Shown one piece after another: positions 15,529 to 15,574 of a DNA stretch of 15,574 bases. The number at the start of each line of letters is the position of its first letter. The first letter of the stretch is position 1. The stretch is from an uncultured Oligoflexus sp. (GTDB lineage: Bacteria > Bdellovibrionota_B > Oligoflexia > Oligoflexales > Oligoflexaceae). The stretch is from positions 1 to 15,574 of the forward strand of contig CAXSGP010000106.1 in assembly GCA_964236955.1 (NCBI GenBank), in the 5' to 3' direction. Both the position numbers and the translations under genes were made by a program. Below the pieces are notes generated by a model. The model saw only the letters and a list, made by a program, of their open reading frames with translations, did no database searches and was not told the origin of the DNA.

Positions 15529-15574
15529 TTAGTGTCGGTCCGGAAAAGGCGATGGCCGCGTTTCATCGGCAGAA
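15529..15574 (-). CDS. Probable 3' end of a gene entering from outside the window (...SADETRPSPFPDRH*)
   Basis: Open frame ending in TAA at 15531-15529, 4 nt before the minus-strand terminator stem. Too short to identify. Confidence 0.35.
   Translation of the reverse strand, partial: SADETRPSPFPDRH

Overview
A bacterial chromosomal window of mid GC with 12 complete protein-coding genes and probably the 3' tip of a 13th. In order: HAD phosphatase and TerC-family membrane protein (-), lipoprotein HNH-type nuclease (+), YafD-like EEP enzyme, DUF2905 protein and GT9 glycosyltransferase (-), REC-GGDEF diguanylate cyclase (+), secreted S1 protease fused to two internalin-like LRR blocks (+), small RHH-like protein (-), SWIM-SNF2 helicase (+), NhaA antiporter (-) and long-form urocanate hydratase (+). 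The gene style suggests Bdellovibrionota/Oligoflexia or a related deltaproteobacterium; this is inference only. I found no rRNA, tRNA, CRISPR array, transposase or integrase, and no convincing multi-gene novel system. The best leads are (1) the structured ~490-nt intergenic region 5725-6210, including a three-way junction whose minus strand shows GGA in both hairpin loops (possible CsrA-binding sRNA), (2) the protease-LRR fusion, (3) the surface-anchored HNH nuclease, (4) an atypical receiver on the cyclase and (5) a ~44-bp palindromic MITE-like element at the left edge. All calls were made by eye; no searches were run.
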